From assembly GCA_951406725.2 (NCBI GenBank), contig OX597832.1, forward strand, positions 58,342,001 through 58,406,000: a stretch of DNA of 64,000 bases. Reading direction: 5' to 3'. Of this stretch, positions 56,472 through 64,000 are shown in pieces. The stretch is from Octopus vulgaris (Eukaryota). Numbering within the stretch: the first letter of the stretch is position 1; every line of letters begins with the position of its first letter. The notes under the pieces were generated by a model. It ran no database searches and had not been told where the DNA came from. It saw nothing but the letters and a program-made list of their open reading frames with translations. Both the position numbers and the translations under genes were made by a program.

Positions 56472-56562
56472 CATTATATGTATATATATGTATATCTTTA
56501 TATATTTATATATATATATATATTATGTATATATATTAGATATGTATATATACACATGTCTG

Positions 56563-56595
<33 letters not shown>

Positions 56596-56641
56596 ATGTT
56601 TGTATGCACGTGTGTATAAATGTTTGATGTGTATAAAATAT

Positions 56642-56703
<62 letters not shown>

Positions 56704-57191
56704 ACGTATATATATATATATATATTCTTATATACATGCATATAAGCATACATCCATGTATATATACATTATATACATACACACACACAAACACACACAC
56801 ACACAACTATGTACAATGCATTCACATACGTACGTACATATACACCTTTAATTTTAACTGGGTATTATTTTCTGAAAACGTACTCAAAGGAAACTCAACA
56901 CACCAAAGCACACAGGATTGTTGCTCCAAGTCAGACAGCTGTGTGAAATGTGTACAGGTCGATAAAAACCTGAAGACAATGGCTGTGCAGATTTATTGCG
57001 CTGTTTATAGGAAGAACAGAAAACTACGAATGTTTTACACAAGAATGTTACGTCACAGAAGGAATTAAAACAGTCCACAGTATAATATTAGGTGTACATT
57101 ATTGAATCACAATAGACAACGTTATAAAATGGGTTTGGAAATTCTCCTTTTTGTTTCGTTTCGAAACAGATGCGATGTACACCCATACTCA

Positions 57192-57241
<50 letters not shown>

Positions 57242-57964
57242 TACACACACACACACATATACACACATACACACACACATACTCATACAGACACAGAGAA
57301 AATTACACATACACCCATAAACACACTTCTACATATGGGAGTCCATATACGACCGTGTGCTGGTGTGCATAAAGGAAGTTATTAAATATACCATTAATAA
57401 CTTGGAATTCTCCAAAAGATTAAGAAGAAAATTTTCAAAAATTTTATAATATATGAAAGCAAGAATTAATTAATTATTCTTTAATTTACGAACCTAAATA
57501 CATTTATTTCTGTCAGTTTCCCGTTTGTTGTTTCCTATATAGCTTAATTATGATGGAAAGGTGCTTTCTATTTTCATTTCATTTACATCAATATTTATGT
57601 ACCAACAACGTACTCGAGTTACACTCACAAAAAAAAAAAATTAACAAAAGAAAATATTGACGATTTTCAATTAAAGAGCAAAATGTTTGAAATGCGATTT
57701 TGTTAATAAGAGAATAGTAATTATTTTTGCCATGTAATTGATTGGCAGAGTAGTTATTGCTCTGTAAGTCTGTGGAATGAGTTCGAATCCCGCGTGAGGG
57801 GAGAGTATTACCGGTTCCATTTCTTTTTCGTGCTTACAAAAGCGCGAGCAACGATGGACTCTGGTGAAATCTCTAGGGGTCTTAACTTTCCTTCAACAAA
57901 ATTGTTCTTGTGGAGATTGGTGTCTTCTAATGCAGGGTAAATTCCTGTGTTCCATGACAAGAAA

Positions 57965-57972
57965 ATAATAAC

Positions 57973-58016
<44 letters not shown>

Positions 58017-58064
58017 TAATAATAATAATGACAATAATGATGATGGTGATGATAATAATGATAA

Positions 58065-58103
<39 letters not shown>

Positions 58104-58135
58104 CAATAATAGTAATAATAATAATAATAATAATG

Positions 58136-58227
<92 letters not shown>

Positions 58228-58450
58228 TTTTAGGGCAGGCAACTAGTCGGTTACATCGACACCAGTGCTCCACCGGTAGTTAATTCATTGTCCCCGAAAG
58301 GATGAAAGGCAAAGTCGACTTCGGTGGGAAAATGATGATGATGATAATAATAATAATCATAATCATAATAATAATGGTTTAAAATTTTGCCACAAAAGCA
58401 GCGGACAACAACAACAACAACAACAATAATAATAATAATTATTATTATTA
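57965..58450. repeat. (AAT)n field containing a family B SINE fragment (~58235-58330, minus strand)
   Basis: Direct reading; ccccgaaaggatgaaaggcaaagtcgac. Confidence 0.85.
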
Positions 58451-58459
58451 TTCCTTATG

Positions 58460-58655
58460 TATGCAATATGAAAGAAAGAAAGATCAATCGATATAAGGGG
58501 TGTGATGGGAGGTTAAGCAGTTAAGTAGTCGCAATAATTGTCAGAGCCCTGAGAACAGTGAGTGAATATCTCGAGAAATACATGGAACAAATAGGGTAGA
58601 AACCGCTCGAATACTACGGATGGTGCTCGAAAAATTAGGGGTGTTACCTTTAATT
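58460..58655 (+). mobile_element. Degraded R4/Dong-like 3' fragment related to 5137-5700
   Basis: ttaagcagtt...caataattgtcagagccctgagaac...tctcgagaaatacatggaacaaataggg...gctcgaatact...ggtgctcgaaaaa...gtgttacct matches the reverse complement of ~5203-5410. Confidence 0.65.
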
Positions 58656-59102
58656 AGAGGATAAAATTAACTGAGTAGACCAATTTGGATATCTAAATCT
58701 ATTTTTGACAACAATTTTGAACAGGAAGTTATTCGAGTATTGCGTTTCGTTTCGTTACTATAATGTATTATAGAATGTACCCATGAATATAGTAACCACC
58801 GCTGAATGTTTCCATGTGTGTAAACCATACGTTTGTACCGCATGTTAGAACAACTTCTAGAGAGAATTTGTTCACAGTGGTCGTAACGCAATGTTTTGAC
58901 TAATGTGTATATAGATAAGGCAGGCATGGCTGTATGTGGTTAGAAACTTCCCTTCGCATCCACATGCGTTTGGGTTCAGTGAGGCACCTGGGCAAAAGTC
59001 TTCTAGTATAGGACGGAACCAATCGATGGCATGTTGAATGTGGTGGACAGAAACACATCATGTAATCATACATGGAATCATACAGGTATATATACAGACA
59101 CG

Positions 59103-59133
<31 letters not shown>

Positions 59134-59490
59134 GTATAGATATATGTATGTATATATATGTAAATATGTAAGTATTATATGTTATATTATTATATTTTAT
59201 ATTACATATATATATATATATTTATACATACATATACATGAACACAAAATTACTGGTATGTAAACAAGGCTTCGATTCAATGTGATTATGTACTACATAT
59301 ATATATATATATATATGTGTGTGTGTATATGTATATATGTGTGTGTGTTTGTGTACGTATGTATGTATGTATGTATCCTCATCATCCTCCCCTGGACCTC
59401 AGCGTCTTCATGATCACTTCAACTACAAACATCAACACTCCACCTCCACCACAGCTCACCCCATCGCATCTGCATGTCAGTCACCCCACA

Positions 59491-59525
<35 letters not shown>

Positions 59526-59749
59526 TATCATCATCATGATCGTCGGCATCGTCATCATTATGATTATAATTCTCCTCTTCGTAACGAGCATCGTTATCAT
59601 CATCACCACCATCACCCTCATCCTCAGCATCATCACCATCACAACATAAACTACCACCGCCACAACCACCTACACCGCCCACATCACCCATCACCACCAC
59701 CACCAACCAACAACAACAACAATTCCAGCAATTCCGCCACTTCCCAACC

Positions 59750-59816
<67 letters not shown>

Positions 59817-60153
59817 CCATTATCTTTCCCTTTTCACCATCATGACAGATCAGTGCAGTAAAAATAGAAAAATAAAAATGTAACAACAGCAAATATAAGA
59901 ATAACAACAACAACAACAGAAGTAATAAAAAGAAACTACAAAAAAAAAACCCCGCCAATATCCCCCAAATCGCCGACACATTATTTACAGAGTTAGAAAT
60001 ATTTTTAATGTAAGCAATATCGGAAATGGTTCTAACAGATCTAAATGCACTTTCATCGGGAAGCAAGATTCGTGTCAAATCAATTGGAACCGTCCAAACA
60101 AAAGTCTGCGATTCTTCACTTTGGATCGACTTTTCTAATTTTCATTTATTCTC

Positions 60154-60190
<37 letters not shown>

Positions 60191-60599
60191 GTCTATCTAT
60201 CTATCTGTATATATATATATATAAAATATATCTGTCTGTTTGTCTATCTATTGCTCTCTCTCTTTCTCTCTCTCTCTCTCTAAAAAAATATATATATGTC
60301 TGTCTGTCTGTCTGTTTGACTATCTATCAACACCATATTTCTTTTTTTCTTTCGATCTTTCTATACTTATATGTTTTATGTCTATGTGTTTGTTGTTATC
60401 TATTTATCTACTTCTTGTCATATTTATAAATTAAATCGTGTCGAGGAATTCTCTGGTGAGACCACGTAATTTCTTTCTATCTAAATCATTGCTCATTCGT
60501 TATGTATTGTTCCATGGAACGGTATGTGTGAAGGTATGTGTATGATGCATGTGAATAGGAAAGTATGCATATGCGTGTGGTAGCATGGATGCAGATAAA

Positions 60600-60634
<35 letters not shown>

Positions 60635-60636
<2 letters not shown>

Positions 60637-61130
60637 CGACGTTTAACATTTCGATAGAAGATCCATTTTTCGTTACCTGTTACAAGTCTATCCAAACAGG
60701 GTGAAATGAGTTTGCGAGAATGGAGAGAAGAGCAGATGTTGACTCGGGATTTGCTTTCGGACAATTCATGAGGCATCCATTTTCCAAGTTTAGAAACCTT
60801 TCCAAGTTGTTGAAGATAACGATGAACGGTTGTATAGTTTGAACTAATCTTTATTGAACTAAGCTTTATTGCCAATTCTTCAACTGATAATGCAGGATTT
60901 TCTTCAAGTAATGCCTCAATGAGCTTATCATCAAACTCAACTGGACGTCCTGTTCGATCTTCATCTTCAAGGCTGAAATCTCCACTTCTGAATTTCGCAA
61001 GCCATCTTCTGCAAGTTCTTTCAGTCAAGCATTCTTTCTGATAAACTGAGTGTATGTTTCGAGTCGCTTCATTTCCTTTTTTGTACTCATAAAGCATTAT
61101 GTGCCTCAAATTCTCTTTGGATACTTCCAT
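60635..61130 (-). pseudogene. Mariner (DD34D-type) transposase, N-terminal half
   Basis: LRHIMLYEYKKG, RWLAKFRSGDFSLEDEDRTGRP, GKWMPHEL (WVPHEL motif), RLVTGNEKWIFY (TGDEKW with D to N); then runs into (TA)n. Confidence 0.9.
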
Positions 61131-61312
61131 GTTAGAAATGGTTTTAGTAAAAGAAATTTTAATTCTATTATTTTGTAAAAAGAATATTTAATTAGTTTAA
61201 ATGTACACAACTGCATAAATATAATTTTTAATTCTTTTAGACATTCAAAAAATACTATTAAATTTCATTCAGTTTTAAAAAAGGTAAAATCGGACACAAT
61301 TTATGGGATGAC

Positions 61313-61318
<6 letters not shown>
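60635..61318 (-). mobile_element. Truncated mariner element: left TIR plus 5' half of transposase
   Basis: TIR-like tatcaggtcatcccataaattgtgtccg (minus strand, 61318-61291) next to (TA)n; ORF starts at 61130; no second TIR. Confidence 0.85.
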
Positions 61319-61380
<62 letters not shown>

Positions 61381-61384
61381 AATT

Positions 61385-61560
61385 TGCGAGCTGGCAGAAA
61401 CGTTAGCACGCCGGGCAAAATGCCTAGCAGTATTTCGTCTGTCTTTATGATTTGAAATAAATAAAGTACCTGTTTCGCACTGGGGTCGATGTAATCGGCT
61501 TAATCCCTTTGTCTGTCCTTGTTTGTCCCCTCTATGTTTAGCGCCCCTTGTGGGCAGTAA
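61385..61560 (+). mobile_element. SINE family B (internal deletion)
   Basis: gcgagctggcagaaacgttagcacgccggg...cactggggtcgatgtaatcg...ccccttgtgggcagtaa. Confidence 0.8.
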
Positions 61561-62175
61561 ATATATATATATACACACACACACATAACGTATTGCTATT
61601 GTTGACAATGTGTCTGTATAGGCCTGTATTTATGCGCGTGTATTTGTATATTAGTATATAGGTATTTTAGTGTAGTTTATGATGGTATTGTAGAAAACGC
61701 GCTTTTCACCGACGGAGTTGTTTCATAGCAGGAGGTAGTTGGTCAAGCAACTGGCCGCGGCCTACTGACCTGTCTTCTCAATTATATCATTTCTCTGCAC
61801 AGTTGAAGACCATACTACAATTAGATCATTCCTATATGCATTGATAATACCTGCAGTGTGATAGCCGGGAGATTTTCTACAAAATCAACACAAATTACCC
61901 CCTACGGATTTTTATATGAAGCGCGGCTTGTCATAAATGTAGCCATAAATAGGCGCCCTCAGATTCAGAAGAGATGCTAATATCTGGAAGTCTGGAACGC
62001 CGTCGATCGTAAAATAGCCCTGTCAGAATAAAAATGTTTATTTATTTCATACATTCAGCTCTTCATTGGTTACCGCAACGTCCATTTCTTGTAACCCTTT
62101 GATCTGCAGACGACACGTGACCAGCACGTGCATAATCCGCACATCAGTTTGGAACACAACACTCACACGCATACG

Positions 62176-62228
<53 letters not shown>

Positions 62229-62622
62229 TATATACATATATATATATATATACATATATATATACGTATATATATATATACATATATATGTACGTGCTTA
62301 TACATATATACATATTTATGCATATATATGAATGTGTTTATATATATATACTATATATATATATACATACATAATATATATATATGTATGTATATACATA
62401 CTATATACATATATTTTTTTATTATACTAAATGCCTATGAATGTGAGCATGTATCTATATATGTATATACAGATATATACATACATATATATATATATGT
62501 ATACATACATGTGTATATATAAATATATATATACATGTACATATATCTCTATCTATCTATCTATTTATATCTATCTATATCTATATCTATATGTATGTAT
62601 GTATGTATTATCTCTCTCTCAT

Positions 62623-62653
<31 letters not shown>

Positions 62654-62809
62654 TTATGTATATGTATATAGAGAGAGAGAGAGAGATACACATATATATT
62701 ATATACACATTATTGTTCATAGATGTATATTTAGATATGTATGTACACCTGACTCTTTTGTTTAGTGTATTGTGTGTGCATTTGATAATTTTGTCCCTAA
62801 GTTAATGAC

Positions 62810-63240
62810 TAGAAGTTTGTGTCTGTATTCTGTTCAAGGCAATTACGTATCGTTTGATGAGGATTCGTGTATGGTGGTGAATGATAAGAAATATCTGTAT
62901 AATCCCAGCTTATAATCCTTTTCCAAAATGCTATCACTTTATAGTATCGTCCTGATCCATTTATAAGCAAATGCAACTCTAAGGTTTTTCTCATAGATTT
63001 TTAAAGTCATCCTCGGGAAATTTGATGAATAACAATTGATGGCAAACTCTACGTGATTGCCTGAGATAACAACGAAAATAATTCAAAATATTTGTTGTCA
63101 ATTTATCTTGATCTGGATCATTGCTTCATAAAAGAAATCTCCGATTCATTGAAGCGTTCGGTTTAGGTTCTGAATCCTGTTTAGCTTACAGCTAAGTTTT
63201 TAAACTATAGGCAGTTGGTTAAAATTTCAATGAACGTGTA
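62810..63240 (-). pseudogene. Possible Penelope-like GIY-YIG C-terminal relic
   Basis: Minus strand VS*TGFRT*TERFNE (cf. YVGQTGRTL.ERF.EH), then RKTLELHLLINGSGRYYKVIAFWKRII; heavily decayed. Confidence 0.35.
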
Positions 63241-63369
63241 ATTTTTATTTGTTTCTTATGGTTAGTCAAAAGTATCATATAACAACATCTCACTATAATA
63301 AAGCATCAGAAACGAGCGGATATTATAATAAAATCTATTACACCTCTACTCACTTGCCATCCACCTTAA

Positions 63370-63990
63370 AGGAAAGCATGTCATAAAATCCTATTCTCAC
63401 TCACTTTCTCATTTACCGATAGATCTAACAAGCGTGAATATTGCTTACGTTAATTTAATAAGAATTTTCCGATCGACATGGTTATAAGAAATTATTTAAT
63501 AAAATGAATTTCCAAATATATTATAGTGTATATCAAATATGCACTATATAATTACAAGAAATATAAGTGATTCAACGGAGGTGAATCGGTCTTGCAGAAG
63601 GAAAGATCCATACCCTGTTAAATAGCTTATAACACTGAGGCATTGATTTACAAACCAATATTATTTAGAAGAAATAAAATTCGCATAGCAAGAGTAAATG
63701 TTATGTAGGAATGCCAGAAGGTTAATTTAAACATCGCTTTTTCAATTCGACTTATTTTCTGGGATATTGAGAAAAGGAGAATATTACCAGCTATTGAAAG
63801 ATGTGGAGAAATCAAAAGAAAGCAAGGAAGCGGAATACAATTCAGCATCAAATTAAAATATTTTCAATGAACGGTGTCGTATATAAACACAACAATTTAA
63901 TTCTTTGGAATTCGAAAGGAAATTTCATACTAAGGTATCTCAAAAATCAAGAAAACATCATCTCTGAGATTTTCAATATGTGCGGATAAT
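63370..63990 (+). pseudogene. Penelope-like element relic (Neptune-type linker, Cys-rich segment, GIY-YIG endonuclease)
   Basis: In order across frameshifts: KNFP / HGYKKLFNKMNFQIYYS / SNMHYIITRN / SCRRKDPYP / EALIYK / CYVGMPEG*FKHRFFN (from 63699) / MWR / SEIFNMCG, matching the HFP..H..KIFN..SYS..NM..II..HN..CNCR..CP..VIY..YIG..FK.R..NH..IW..SEL..C pattern. Confidence 0.65.
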
Positions 63991-64000
63991 TTCAGGAAGG

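Noticed and set aside
61700-61990. Possible Tc1/mariner C-terminal relic (WPRPTDLSS resembling WP..SPDL.P)
   Set aside because: Too degenerate, and on the opposite strand and wrong side to complete the 60635-61318 element.

Overview
AT-rich, repeat-saturated eukaryotic genomic DNA, most likely intronic or intergenic sequence from an Octopus genome (inferred from recognisable octopus-type tRNA-derived SINE families and extreme TA/CA/TAA/TATC microsatellite density; not database-verified). No intact host protein-coding gene, rRNA, tRNA gene or CRISPR array is supportable; almost all ORF-track entries are microsatellite translations. Real coding relics are transposon-derived: two mariner transposase fragments, three R4/Dong-like non-LTR C-terminal (restriction-like endonuclease) fragments, and one clear plus one probable Penelope-like (PLE) GIY-YIG relic. 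There are also two non-autonomous Helitrons and about 30 SINE copies, several with target-site duplications or multimeric structure. The main hidden signal is a set of nine minimal type-I hammerhead-ribozyme motifs in four sequence families of short PLE/retrozyme-like elements, most of which end in (TA)n. One carries a compensatory G3:C8 swap of the conserved C3:G8 core pair (503-553), one family has a CCGAUGA core, and two families occur as nearby inverted pairs. Other unexplained structure: a 5-unit array of a 117-bp structured unit separated by (TTA)n spacers, a ~6.5-kb strand-biased TATCA-rich domain, and a ~190-bp inverted duplication. All folds were assigned by eye; no activity is demonstrated.
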